Shown in pieces: positions 1 through 13,110 of a DNA stretch of 64,000 bases; positions within the stretch are counted from its first letter, which is position 1; every line of letters starts with the position of its first letter. A model generated the notes under the pieces. The model did not search any database, was not told the DNA's origin, and worked only from the letters and a program-made list of their open reading frames with translations. Position numbers and translations under genes: made by a program. Source of the stretch: Marsupella aquatica (Eukaryota > Plantae > Marchantiophyta); contig OZ316899.1 in assembly GCA_973895155.1 (NCBI GenBank), positions 5,893,241-5,957,240 of the forward strand, in the 5' to 3' direction.

Positions 1-6
1 TCGGAG

Positions 7-3000
7 ATGGAATCCAGTTCGGATTCAGCTTCAAGCATCGGATCCTCTACCTCCAATTCATCAGGAAGTGAATCGGAGAGCGAAAGCCGGAGCAAAAAGA
101 AGAAGAGACGAGTGAAGAAGGAGGGGAAGATCAAACCCCGGGCGCGAAGAACGATACCAGATCCAAAGGCTGCCGAAGCAGACAAGCTGAACGAAATCAC
201 GGATTGACTCAAAGCACTGTCAGTACATCTTGCGGAAAAGCCGGTGGAGAAGAAGAAGCCATCTGAGATTCGAGCCCATGCGTGGTGTTCAAAGTGCTTC
301 CAATCCGGCCATGTGGTGCAGGAATGCCCAAGGTGGAAGAACCGAGTTCACCAAGTAGAGCTGGATGATGTTGACAACCCGGGTCCCGAATCGGAGTCCA
401 CGGAGTATTTCTTTGAGGACCCTCCTGATTCCGTGTACCAGATTTCAACGGTAGGTCCGCGTAATTTAGCGGGTAGAACTGCGTACCCCTACCCAAACAA
501 TGGCCGGAGTTTCCAGGTTATCAGTAACCCGAGCATCCCTCCTAAGCCAGGGATTTGGCGATCCCCGGTTTGTTATAACTGTGAAAAGCCAGGACACTTT
601 GCGAGGGAATGCACCGAACCAAGATGCCAGGGGGATGGCCGTGGCACGCCACTTTGTCAAGTCTGCAAAATGGAAGCTCATTCCACAGCCAACTGTCCAT
701 TGGTCATGGCCGCTCGAACAAATGCAGCAAGACCAGCCTAGGGCGGACCGACCACGAGTGATGCGGTTGTCCAAATGATTGCGGTGGAATGGCAGGATGA
801 CAATACCGAGTGGGTGAATCTGGTGGACGTGGCGGAACACCCTAATCCATCTGACGAGGCTGAGTGCTATCGTGTGTCAACAAGAGCTGAACGGAAGGAA
901 GAGAAGCAGGAGGAGAAATGCAGGAAAAAGCAAGATACTACTCCGGTGCAGCCAGCGATAGATATACCCCCGAAGAAGGACGATGACTACCGACGGGATG
1001 ACCTGAAGCTATTTTTCCCCCGCATCGAAGAATTGGTAAAGAAACAGCTGGAGGCCTACGAAGCTCGGGAATACCAGAAGGCAATCGATAAGGACATCAA
1101 AGTAGCCGAGACAGCCCGGCGACAGGAGCAAGAAAAGCAAGATAAGCAAGAGGAGGCCAAGCAGCAGCCGAAGGAAGAAAAGAAGGAGGACTATGATATT
1201 AAGGAGGACGTGAAGAGTTGCCCGGTTACAGCAACGGTAGGACAACTGCTACAAAACAATCCACAGTACAGACGGCAACTGAGGGAGTTGCTTACGGGTC
1301 GACGACGGAGACGACTACCCCGAGTTGGGACCGCGGATTGCAACATGATATGCGAGGACCTGGGAGCGCCGGACATCTCGATTGAAATTAATAATTGTAC
1401 CATCAGGATGGTTCTCGTAGATGGAGGAGCGGGAGTCAACATCATGACGGAAGAGACGTCAGTCAAGTTAGGATACCTCACGTATCAACCCACAGCCCGA
1501 GCTATCAGATTAGCAAACGGGGCAAGGGTACTTCCATTGGGCACGCTTACACGGGTACTCACTCTGGTAGGAGGGGTGGAGTTCTATCTCAACTTCCTAG
1601 TCATGAGGCCAGTTTGGCCCTCCTCTTATCCGGTCCTCCTAGGCAGGCCGTGGCTGTACGGTGGCCGTGTGGTCACGGATTGGGGAAAGAAGGAGCTACG
1701 GTTCGGGACACCCACCGTACGGGTATCATGGGCAATGGACGATTATCAGGGAGAAACCCCACAAGGACCCGAGGAATATGATTTGGAGACCTCGGAGGAA
1801 GAGGAACTCAATATGATTGAACTCATCTCGTCCCTGTCCGAGGAAGATGTCTTCGGAGTTGAAGCAACCCGCGAAACACATCTCCTAAATTACCCGAGGG
1901 TTGCCATTGAGTCCACCCCAAGCACATCTACTGTCGGGGATGAGGAAATGCATGAACAACTCGTCGAGACGGAGGACACGGCTCCAGCTAAGCAGGGAGC
2001 CGAGGCTGCTTCTACCGTTGCAGAGCCTCGTGACCACGAACCAGCCCAACAACCGCCCGAGGCCGAAAACTCAAGACCGAGACATAAGAAACGAGTCTCA
2101 TGGGATCCGTCCATTCCAAAATTGGAGGAAGTAACTCCAATCCCGAGACCAATCCCGGTTCCACCCATGTACGGAGGAGTTTGGTTAGCTGAGCTTGATG
2201 CGAGCCTGGACCCGAGCCTGCGAAACCAGGTTGAAGTCATCAGGAAGGAGCACTACCGGAAGTACACCATTGGGATGGACAAATATTTTAACCTGGGCCA
2301 CGCTCTAACAGGGGAGGCTGAAAAATCCATCCAAGCTTTGCTCAAGGAATATGGAGATGTGTTTGCATGGAGCCATCATGATTTAACAGGAGTCTCCCCC
2401 GAGTTAGGAGAACACACGATCGATTTGAATCTGGGGGCCCATGCAGTACGGCAGCGACAACGTCGCATGAACCCAAGGTACTCCATCTTAGTGAAGGAGG
2501 AAATTGATCGTCTTCTCGCCGCAGATATCATCTACCCGGTAATGGCCAGCGACTGGGTCTCTCCCATCGTCATTGTACCAAAAAAAGGAGGAACGGACGG
2601 AAAACCTAAGATCCGGATTTGTCAGGACTATCGTAAGCTGAACGACACAACCCGAAAAGACCATTACCCGTTACCATTCACGGATATGGTTCTAGATATG
2701 GTAGCCCAAAATGAAATTTATACATTCCTTGACGGGTATTCGGGTTATAACCAAATCTGGATTTGCCTCTCGGATCAGCTCAAAACAACGTTCACTACGG
2801 AATGGGGGACTTTCGCATTTCGGAGAATGTCGTTCGGATTGTGTAACGCTCCGGCCATGTTTCAGCGACTCATGATGAATATCTTCCATGACTTCCTACG
2901 GGAATTTTTGGAGATATTTATCGACGACTTCGCCATCTTTGGAACTGTCGCCATGCACCCCGAACACCTAAGACGTACGTTCCAACGATGCCGAGAGGTT

Positions 3001-5076
3001 AACCTCAAACTACATCCCGCTAAATGTTTTTTCGGGGTAGAGGAGGGAGTATTACTCGGGCATCGTGTGTCCAAACGGGGTATCGAGGTGGACCAAGAGA
3101 AGGTCGCGGCCTGGATGGCGGTGGTGTTTCTCGTAGATCAAAAAGCGGTACAATCCTTCTTGGGCTGTGTAGGGTATTACCGTCGGTTTATTAAAGACTT
3201 TGCTAAAATAGCGCTGCCCTTGACTGAGATGATGAAAAAGGACGCGGTGATCGAGGAGACACCCAGGAGACGGATTGCTTTCGAAGAACTCCGTAAAAGA
3301 CTCACCACCGCACCTATCATGGTCACTCCGGACTGGAATAAGGAGTTCCACGTGTATGTCGATGTGTCAGGGTTCTGTATTGGATCCGTGCTCAGTCAGC
3401 TTGATGAGAACGGACGCGACCACCCCATCTACTTCGCTAGCCGTCAATTATTCACAGTCGAAAAGAATTATTCCCCCACTGATCGAGAAGCTCTAGGAAT
3501 AATCTACTCGTGTAAAAAGTTCTGACACTATCTGCTAGGCTACAAGGTCATATTCCACACGGATCATGATAGCCTGAAGTACATGGTCAAACAAAGCGGA
3601 CGTGACGGGACGAATAGCCCGGTGGGTGCTACTTCTCCAGGAATTTAACTACAAAGTTCGGGTTTGGCCCGGAAAGGCACACCTCAATGCCGACTTCTTT
3701 TCAAGGCTGGACGGCGTACCAGTCGATCAGCCAATTGATGATATTTTTCCGGATGAGGAGTTGTTCCACGTAGGGGCGGGGACGCCAACGTGGTACGGCT
3801 CAATTATCACCTTCCTCTTGACAGGCCGCATCCCTGAAGGCATCAATCAGGAAGCCGCCGCTGTGTTTCTACAAAAAGCCGGGCCTTACGTCATGGTACA
3901 GGGTCACCTACATAAGGAAGGAGTTAATGGGAAGTTACGACGCTGCTTGGAGTATAAGGAGATGCTTATCGTGATGCGGGCCTTGCATGAAGAAGAAGCT
4001 GGAGGCCATTTCGCGGCTATCACAACAGCCCAAAAGATTCTGGACTCCGGATATTGGTGGCCTACGTTGCATCGGGATGTACAACGCTTCATCAAGGGCT
4101 GTGACCTGTGTCAGCGGGCTGGGGCCCCGAGACGAGCTCATCATCACCCTCTCACGTCCGTACTTCCATTAGCACCGTTCGAAAAGTGGGGTATTGATTA
4201 TATCGGGCCATTTACTCCTGTTACCCAAAGACGAAGATGCAGGTACATCCTGCTAGCTATTGATTACTCCACCAAGTGGGTCGAAGCACGGGCTACAGTG
4301 AAGGATGACGCCGCAACCAACGCCAGGTTCTTATATGAACAGATTTTCACCCGGTTCGGCCCACCCTTAGAATTGGTAAGCGACCGTGGAACCCACTTCC
4401 TCAATGACACCGTAGCCCAGCTTACGGAGCGTTACCTAGTCAAGCACCGCATCATCCTAAGGCCAACGGGATGACAGAGAGAGCCAATGGTATCATTGGG
4501 AAAATCCTCAACAAGACGGTAGTAACGCACAAAACGGATTGGGATGATAAGTTGTACGCAGCGGTGTACTCGTATAATCTCGCTTACAAAACTACTACGA
4601 GTCACAGCCCGTACTTTCTCGTGTTCGGCCAACATTTGTTGGTACCCGTTGAGTTTGAAGTACACACTCCACGAGTCAGCATTCGGGATCGCTTACCCAA
4701 ACCTGAAAGTTTGTCAGACCGAGCTTATCAGATTGAACCCTAGAAGAAGCATGACTACTAGCAGCACGACAAAGGACTACGGAGGGTCGACGTCGTGGCA
4801 GGCGATCTAGTCCTTCTATACGATAGTAGGTACATGCAGTTTCCAGGGAAGCTTCATACCCGGTGGTTAGGGCCCTTCCTTGTCAATCAGATCTACCGTA
4901 ACGGATCTTTGGAGCTTCCGACGTATGCCGGCGATTTACTCCCCACGCGAATCAGCTACGATCGTGTAAAAAAGTACCACCATCAAGATGACGACGCCGA
5001 GACTGATGTTCGCGAGGACGCTTCACAATTAAGCAGGGAGCTATGTGACGCCGCCGGTATGGCAGTTAATGAGTGA
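7..5076 (+). pseudogene. gag-pol polyprotein, degraded
   Basis: Three CCHC knuckles (244-741), protease LVDGGAGVNIM, RT FIDDFAIF, RNase H YVDVSGFCIGSVLSQ/DREALGII, integrase zinc-binding region plus WGIDYIGP/SDRGTHF and GKLHTRWLGPF. In-frame stops at 205, 739 and 3523; frameshifts near 3600 and 4450-4800. Confidence 0.93.
5031..5043 (+). promoter_or_regulatory. Polypurine tract preceding the 3' LTR
   Basis: AAGCAGGGAGCTA lies immediately before the TGTGACG LTR start; homology with the solo LTR copy starts exactly at 5044. Confidence 0.7.
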
Positions 5077-5402
5077 TTCGGTCTAACTGTGCTCAGCACG
5101 CGCGTTAGGAGTGTCTTAGGCCGCTATTATTAGCATAACGACAGTATTTAGGTAATCATTATGGGTAGGACATCATTAGGCAATAAGGGGGAATTCAGGT
5201 TCGGACTGGCGACGGGTCACTATTCGCACACCCGGGTTACAAGCGTGGAGGGGCCCCTCCCTCGGGTCCGTATAACGAACTTAAGGAAGCGGCCACTGAC
5301 ACGCGCTGACTCAGACTGGCGGAGTGGCCGGTACACCACAAGCGTGAGCGGTTCAGCCTATGGGCGTCGAGGAGATGTAGGGGGATCGGCAAGCCCTCAA
5401 GG

Positions 5403-5409
5403 TATAAAA
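5403..5409 (+). promoter_or_regulatory. TATA box inside the giant LTR
   Basis: TATAAAA 108 bp upstream of the ATG at 5511. The same motif and spacing occur in the other two copies (52639-52645 and 26028-26034, minus strand). Confidence 0.7.
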
Positions 5410-5510
5410 AGGGAGCCGACCCTTTGGAGTGCACCAGTCCATCAGTCCACGCGCCAGCTTCGACCCCAGCTCTCTCGTTCACTCTAAGTCGCCACTACTA
5501 TCTCCTCTGA

Positions 5511-8162
5511 ATGTCGCACACGATCCTCTCCAGCTCGGCCATTCGATTCTGGACGCAATTCCTATCTATCGGAAGGCACTTGGCCGACTCATTGAAACAC
5601 GCCAACCCGCGCCGATACAAAATCGAATGCGAGTACGAGAGAGCCATCCGCCTAGCAGGACGACACCACTACATCCTTAACTTTGACTACCCATCTCAGA
5701 GCAAGCTTTATCGACCAGCAGAGGTATCTGGGTACTTCTTCAACAGAGACAAATATATCGGTTTCTAGGAAGCATTGCTTCGGCTTCCGGACGAGGTCTT
5801 CAATATCCCGGGTACGATCGACTTGCAACGACATCACTTCGACCACATCCCTGCTCAGGTTCGGGCTATCATCAACAGCGAGTCCAGCACTACCCGTTTG
5901 ACAAGGTCGTCCGCACTTGCTTCGGAGAACTTCTACTAGCACCTGCAGAGCTTCATGGGAACTAGACCCGCAACCACCGGCGCCAGCCCAGTGGACCCCA
6001 TACCCGTACCCGTACCAACTCAGGCTCAGGCTTAGCTTCAGGCTCAGCTTCAGTCTCAGCCTCAGCCTAGCCAACCCCCACCGCCGATCGCCCCGCCAGC
6101 AGTACAAGTACGCTCCGTCATCAACGCTGTGGACCTTAGCGACGACGATGAGGCTACCCCACCCTTGCTCAGGCGGCCCAGAGGAGTAAACACTCAGGGG
6201 GCCGACATTGCATCGTCCCCTCCCCATGCTCGGACCCAAGGAGCAGCTCCAGCAGACAACACGGTGACCGTGGCCGCCCCGGGACCAATACTAACGGCGG
6301 TAGTACTACCTATGCCCGATCAAGAGGATGGGGAGGTGTCACCTTCCCCGAGCCAGTCACGGGGAAAGAAGAGGAAGGAACCCGCCACTGCATCCGGGTT
6401 ACCATTGGCCACGGTAGCCGTGGCCAAGGTAACAATGCACCGCATGGGGGAAAACGTGCATAAGAACATCCTCCATCGCAAGCATGCGGTGTACCTGAAG
6501 ACTCAGGGATTCGAGCACCTCGCCGCTCTGCCCTGGAACACTTGCAGGTACTACGGGGAGGACATGACAGAATTTGTCAAGAATTATGATGATACACGTC
6601 AGCATACTCGGCTGTGGGGAAGGAATATATCCCTCACGGAAGAACGGCTCAGGATGATCTTTGGATTATCCGAAGGTGACCATCGAGTCGAATCACGGGC
6701 TCCCGGGGGCAAGGGAGCCAAGTACCAATCCTCAAGTTTTCCCTCGGAAGGAGCAGTGGACAACGGGTTTGTGATGAGGACCTGCCTCATCCCCGAGATA
6801 GCTGAGCGACTGGAGTTCCAGAGGTACGCCCTCCACATGATGGAACCCCGGGGGGAGATCTCCGCCGCCCAGGTTATCCAGGTCGAGAACTATGGACCTA
6901 GGAAGTGGGCGTCGTACTTCGCTAAGAAATTCCATGAAGAGATGGAGCGGCAAAGGAAGACGCTGTACATTGGCGGGAAGGCGTATTTTGCTAGCCACAT
7001 CGAGATCATTCTTGAGTGGTATGCTCGGTTTGATCGACGAACCCTTCCCCGTGTCAACGTTACAAAGCTGGTCCCAGCTAGGTGGGTTTTTTTGGCCTTG
7101 GAGAGACGGCCCCAACCCGAGGCCCGAAGTCCAGCGGACACGCCAGCTTCACCCACCCCACCTCCACAAGTAGCTGTAGTCGTAACCGAGGAGGTACCGG
7201 ATGGGTCGGTTGTCGCAACCGTTGATACGATCCAACAGGCCGGGCTAAGTACAGAAGTCGGTACGGCGGAGGTCTTACCCGAGCCCGGGTCTCCCAAAGA
7301 CCCACCGGTGGCTATTCCGGAGAACCGGACATTGCTGCAGGAGGACACTCCAGCCCCTTCCAACATTACGTCCCCAGGGCTGGACGTCACTGCCCCGGCC
7401 CCCGCGCGTGTTGACGTCTGCCCGTGCCCAACTCCGGACAGGCACAACCTGGACCACCCGAAACTCTTCGTACCGGGTACATTTCTGAACGGGCTTCTGG
7501 GAGATTTCTCTCATCAAATTGCCCGGGATACCGGGGAGTTCATGGCCCGGAAGGTAGCCTGTTTCTTCAATCAGGAGTTAGTTGCCGCAATAAAGGCAGG
7601 TTGGGCCCAGTCAGAGGCCCCTCAGAGGATAGAGCGGTATCGGGTGGAGTCCGTCTACTTAAAGAACGAAGTTGCAGCTCAAGAGGCTGAGCTTCTACAA
7701 CTACGACCCAAGGTTGCAGTCGCCGATGATTTGTTAGCAAAGGCGCACGCCCTTACCGCCCTAGCCGAGTAGGCCAAAGCTGGGAACGAGGCTGAGATTG
7801 CACGACTCCGGAACCAGATTGACAGTTTGAAGAATCAAACTGTCATCTGGCAGAAGGACCTGGTGGAGGCCGAAGAACGGGCCCAGCGGGACACTACGGA
7901 GATAGCCACGCTGCAGGCCGAGGTGGCGCGGCTCCAAACCGAGGCCGAGAAGCAGGACCAGCTGGCGGGTAAACTGACGAGCGACGCCCAGCAGCTGGAG
8001 GAGGCATGTCAGGAGGCAGCAGAGGAGACGGACGCGGCGAGGCGAGAGAACGAATCTCTGCTGGACCAGGTCCAGCTCCTCAAGGCGGACAATGACAGGC
8101 TTCGAAGGCAGCGGGATGGGCGCTCCCATTCGGGCGGCTCTGGCAAGCGTGCCAGGCATTAG
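5511..8162 (+). pseudogene. LTR-encoded ~883-codon protein, copy with three nonsense codons
   Basis: ORF pieces 5511-5768, 6129-7772 and 7827-8162 share one frame. TAG stops at 5766 (W in the intact copy), 5937 (Q) and 7770 (Q). Closely similar to the 880-aa ORF at 49895-52537. Confidence 0.9.
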
Positions 8163-9057
8163 CAGTGGAGCAGGAATAGATTAGGATTAGGACTAGCTTA
8201 GTCAGGCTCTTGGGACGTGCACCTGCCTTAGGTACAGCAGCGCTGCCATGCTGTCCAGTCTGCGTAGATTAGGATCTTCTAATAAGACACAGCCGTTTTC
8301 CGGCCTGACTGTCAGCTTAGTTAGGACCTTAGTCAGCGAATCTTTGGCGAGAGGACACCCCGTCCCTCGGCCCTTAGTATTTAGTGCACCCCTCGGTAGA
8401 GGCAGGGGGGTTTTTAGTCTCAGAGTTGGACATCCGTGGTATGTGCGGGGAGTCCCGGCCTCTGGGAGTGAAAGAGTACCAAGGGGAGGGGGTAGGACTA
8501 AGCTCGTCGGGCGAGTGCGGAGCCGGGCTCCGTTGTAGTATACTCTCTCGGCCTTGAACCTGTTCATTCCGGAGCTATCGGGTCAACCAAGTGTACGCAC
8601 ATGTCCCCTATGTAGTAAAATCCTTTCCCATTATTTCCTTCGTGTAAATCGAGATTGTATGCTTGTGCGCGTGTATGTGTGTGTGAATCTCGTGTATAGG
8701 TGACAACGCCGGGCCGAACGCACTACCCAAATCGTGCACGAGGTGCAGCTTGCGGGGATGTGGTTGCGAGCACGGGTTGAGGACCTGTATCATGGAATCC
8801 GGATCGAAGGCGGACAACATGAAGGCTTAGAAGTCCTTAAGCCGGGGTCGATCCTGTTATCGACTAAGGTACGTTCCGGCGGCGGAACACAAACCATACC
8901 TAGGAGATGTCCGTATCTAACAGTAGGCGCACTTAGCGCTAGTTTACGTGAATTAGGTGCATTACGCGCTTCCCTCCCTGCCCGAACCCTCAGATTTACG
9001 AGGGATGTGCCCGTCTAAGCTGAAGTCTGAGTTAAGGCCGGAGCCGACGACGTGACA

Positions 9058-11835
9058 ATTTTGATGCAGACTTGGTGGCTATGGATGATCCAGGGGAGTT
9101 AGAAAAGGTGCGTAAAGCTATGCAATCAACACATTTGCTGATACATGCTTTCAACCAGAGTTGGAAGTTCTTGGGAGGAAAAGGAAGCAAGGAGTCTCAG
9201 TTTCTGGAGTACCTGGAAAATATAGAGGCCAATGCTCCTGCCCTCAATGATTATGTGGAAACTGAGAATGCAACGCTCTAGGGGGAGGATGGGGGGCCTT
9301 CGATCGATGCTCTCAACTCCTTCCCGTCCCTACTAGATGATGGGTGGGACGATCCTGCCTTCAATGGAATGCAGCCTGATTCTCAGGCACCTAGTGGGAC
9401 CCCAATCAAGAGCGTGGTCAGGGTAGCACATGACAGATTCCAGCCTGATCAGGATCAGGACTCTCACAGGCGGAGGAGGCATCGTGATAGAACACACAAC
9501 AGCAATAGCAGCCTTGATGAGAGAAGATGGAAGGGGAAAGGGAAGGAGTATAGAGATGCAGATCCACACAGTAGAGGTACATACAAAAGAAGAAGAATAG
9601 AGGGAGATGCAAGGGCAGACAGAAGAGAGAGGTACTCACCTCAGTGTGAACGTCACTCCCACAAGAAGCGACAACCTTCTCCTGTGTGACCTGTAACTAC
9701 TGCTGTGATTCGAGACAAACTCCCAACCATCACCTTGGATGCGTTTGATGCTAGGCCGGATGTTCTGGATGAGAAGGCCCTCACAAATTGAGTGCAGACG
9801 TGTTGTGCCAAGCACTGTCCTGGTTGGACAACTTGGAAGGATCTCGCGCAAAACCCAAAGAAGTTTCAGCTCCTCCTGAACGATGTGCAAGCTGGGTTTA
9901 GGAACGGCCGTGAAATAGACTACAGGCACATCAGACATAAGATCGTAGGCTACCTTGCAGATCGGAGGTTTAGATGGAGAAACAAGGTTCAAAAAATGAG
10001 ATGCCCAAGGACAGAGCAATACCTGAAACCAGAAGGAATGAGCAACGTCGACTTCAAGTTGATCGTGGCTGAGTTGGAAGCAGCACCTGACACCCCAGTA
10101 GGCAAGCGAGTGCACATGGGGGACAAAGCTGCTGCAGCCCACAAATCAAATGGCCGCCTACGTGTGACCAATTTCTGGGGCCAGGGAGGATGGCGAGGCT
10201 TCCTTGCAACCTATGTAAGTCCCCCACCCTCTTCAAAGCATAGCTTGTTCATGCTTCGGCCGTTGCGGTGAGAACATTGAATTAACGTCATTTTTCTCCT
10301 CTAACGTCGCAAGTTCTCAATTTTATGTCTAAACCCCCTACGTTCATCCTACCTAACGTCGTCTCTCGCGACATTACATTTAATTAACGTTGTTTCTGCA
10401 TCGTTAATATGGCAGTTCCACTATATACCTTGTCTTGGACGACGTTAATTAGAAAACGTCATTAGGTACATTGTAATTAATGACGATGGTGACGACGTTC
10501 TCCAATTTCCTGCAGAAACGCAAGTTTGGAGCCAACGCCGAGCCAAGTGAGCAGGAGCGGCTCTATTCAAAACGCTATGGCCCGGCGGCCCTATGGGCTA
10601 AGCTGGACTCTATCCCCGAGGACCACCCAGTGGTAAGTTACATAGTCAGGTTAGGTTCCTTCTATACTAGATTTTGCATCCACTATTTGCAGGAGGTAAA
10701 CTGATCCCTTATGTCATGTCCAGGAGGATTGGAGTCCTCCAGAGGGGTTAGTGGCACGGCCCATTGTGGAAGATGAGGAGGCAGATCATGGAGGGGAGGA
10801 GCCTGATACGTTGGAGGAGGCCTTAGTAGACTGTGGCAGGAGGGCAGTTTAGGTACACAGGGCCGATCATCTTCTAACCTCTCCCCTCCAGTGGAGACTG
10901 ATAGGGGTCATACCAGCCATAGACGACGGAGAGAGAGAGAGAAGAGGGAGGGAGAGAGAGGGGGAGGGAGGGAGAGACATAGAGAGAGGAAGAGGAGCCG
11001 TGTCGAGAGGGATACCACTAGGGGACACAGTGGCACTAGAGATGTAGTCCCTAGGAGTAGAGGCAAGGGAGCTGCGGAGTTGGTGTCTGGTAGCAGTAGT
11101 TCAGACGAGGATCCACTTCAGTACGAGTTGCGGCCCCGAGGCAAACAGTCGGAGGCACCGCCACGTATTTCTGTTCGCAGGTCTGGACGTGATAGGAGCC
11201 GCTCTCAGCGGCATTAGGGTATACCATGCATGACTAGGTGGACTTCCACCTGCATTTTGTACATTTTTGGCAAAAACTTTTGACGCCACCCATTCATAGT
11301 GGCATTCCGGACTTCATATGTCTATTTTATGTGTATTCCGTGTGTATATGAACCTAAACCTAAAGCCCACCCAACTAAGGTAGCCTGGAAGGATGTTCCA
11401 TACAAGATTAATGTTTACCACAAACGGCACTCCATTCACGTCTCTCCATTCTTGGTACTATTTTCAAACGTTCTCGTTAACACCATTTTTACCAAGCCTC
11501 ACAAGACTTACTACTCATACGTCCTGGACAGACTCATCATAACAAAGTCACAAACTACGTAATCTGACATTAACGTCGTTTTAAACGATGTTATCAGCTG
11601 ATTTCCCTGTTCAATCTGCGTCCAGAATAACATCTTTATTTACGACGTTAATATGTAACGTAGTATGGACCGATGTATGTAACGTCGTTTTGGACGATGT
11701 AAACTGTAACCTTTGTTACTTCGTACAAAACGTGCCCTCATTCACGTCGAGTATGTTGCCTTTCTTTAGCAGCAAGGAGACGTTGGGCTTAACGTCTTCA
11801 TGTAACACGTAAAAAGTCCTGATAATGTAGTTGTG
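9058..11835. mobile_element. CACTA/EnSpm-like element arm, interrupted on the left by the giant-LTR retrotransposon
   Basis: Ends in AATGTAGTTGTG (11824-11835), the same as the end of the transposase-bearing element at 37239-37250. Dense subterminal AACGTC/GACGTT motifs. 9060-9390 is homologous to 29290-29600 on the minus strand (MDDPGELEKV vs MKDPEELEKV). Confidence 0.75.
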
Positions 11836-12149
11836 TGGATTTACATGGGGAGCATACCCCTAGTGCTCACTACTGTGTGTTGCAAGAGGTGCATACAGTT
11901 TCCTATGTCAACCATTCATTGCACGATTGGATTGAAGAAGATGAAGAGGAGCTGGCTACCACACAAGCCAATGAGAGCTTACTGGCTGCACCTACTGTGT
12001 TAGCCCCTCAACCTAAGGTGGTCCAACGGCTAAGAGCTACCCATGGACCATTGACTATTGCTCTACAGCAATGTGAGGGCCTACAAAGACATGGCCAGCC
12101 CATCTTCCCAGTCTTGAGCACACTAATCACTTGGACACCTCCTCAAGAT

Positions 12150-13110
12150 GGCGTTACCTTGCTGAAGCTTTTTGGTGGCATTTCTATAGGCCTAGAGGGG
12201 GTCTTGCAGTCTGGCACATGATGGTGAAGAGGTAAATCTATGTGGACACTGACCCATATGCAAGGAAGGTGGCTCAATCACAGATGCTGGAATTTTTAGC
12301 TAGGTTCCCACAACAGTTTCCACCTAGTGCATGGAAGGCAAGCTTCACTCTCTTTCCTCCTGATGTTCAGTTGCTACAACAGAAACACATTGAGCTACTT
12401 GGTTCCTTGGACCTCATCATTGTTGGCTGGGAATGCCAAGGCTTCTCTATTGCAGGTTCTGGAGCTGGTTTGAGTGATCCCCGGTCAGCACTCTTCATGG
12501 ACCTGGTACAAATACTCAATTGGGCCCAGGCTCTTTACCCTGTTGTTGGTTATGTCATTGAGAACACACCCTCTCAATTTGACCAGCGGAAGAACATCCA
12601 AGAGGATTTTCTTCTAGTCCAACACTATCTTGGTCCACCGTTCTTAATTGATGCAGCCCAATGTGGGTCTTATGCGCATCGTTTGCGTAAGTTTTGGACC
12701 AATATTGCACCGGTTAGCTTACTACAATTGGCTCTAAAACATATGGTCAGGGACCCCACATTATAGGTGCACCAGATTTTGGATGCTAATAGCTCTTGTC
12801 AGCCCGTCACTCGGCAAGAGAGAGCACCTTGGTACCTTGCTAACACCATTGGGGAGCCAAGAGGTGCTTGGCCTACCTTTGTTTCATTTCCTGGTGCCCA
12901 TGCCTTCCAAGGGGATGGACCAGGGCTGGTCTACCGTCACGCTTTGGATACATGGGATGAGCCAAGCCCAGAGGAGCGAGAGCGAGCTATGGGTTTCCAA
13001 ACTGGCACTACTGGTCATGTTAAAGTGACTAGGCTAGAGCGGAATTCTCTTCTTGGCAGAGTCATGGATCTTAATGCTTTAACATGGCTTTTGGTTACTT
13101 GTATTCTTTT
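12150..13110 (+). pseudogene. Cytosine-5 DNA methyltransferase domain within the retroelement polyprotein
   Basis: Motif I LLKLFGGISIGLE, II YVDTD, III PDV, IV GWECQGFS (Cys codon 12434-12436), V DPRSALF, VI VIENT, VIII DAAQCGSYAHRLRKFWTN, IX EERERAMGF, X RNSLLGRVM, in canonical order. One frameshift near 12217 and stops near 12233 and at 12764. Confidence 0.9.

Larger units (their letters stand above)
1..9057 (+). mobile_element. Ty3/gypsy LTR retrotransposon (non-chromovirus, Athila/Tat-like); 5' part outside the window; ends in a ~4-kb 3' LTR
   Basis: Domain order gag(CCHC)-PR-RT-RNaseH-INT, then a purine tract and an LTR 5044-9057 (TGTGACG...CGTGACA) matching the TSD-flanked solo copy at 48994-53003. 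No chromodomain after integrase. Confidence 0.93.
5044..9057 (+). repeat. Giant 3' LTR (4014 bp) containing a protein-coding ORF
   Basis: TG...CA ends with short inverted termini; appears colinear end to end with the reverse complement of 48994-53003. Confidence 0.92.

Noticed and set aside
739-741. In-frame TAG-G at the gag/pol boundary as programmed readthrough
   Set aside because: The same element has several other transition-type nonsense codons (205, 3523, 5766, 5937, 7770), so CAG-to-TAG decay is simpler. Reconsider only if the TAG is fixed in other copies.
5652-8159. Antisense ORFs over the LTR gene (also 49898-52396 on plus and 23620-24870)
   Set aside because: Shadow frames of a GC-rich coding sequence; their similarity between copies follows from DNA identity.
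12150-13110. Bacterial restriction-modification gene, contamination, or a host DRM/CMT/MET1 gene
   Set aside because: It is intronless, in frame with gypsy RT and flanked by plant TEs. There is no partner endonuclease and no BAH, chromo or UBA domain, and the motif order is not permuted as in DRM.
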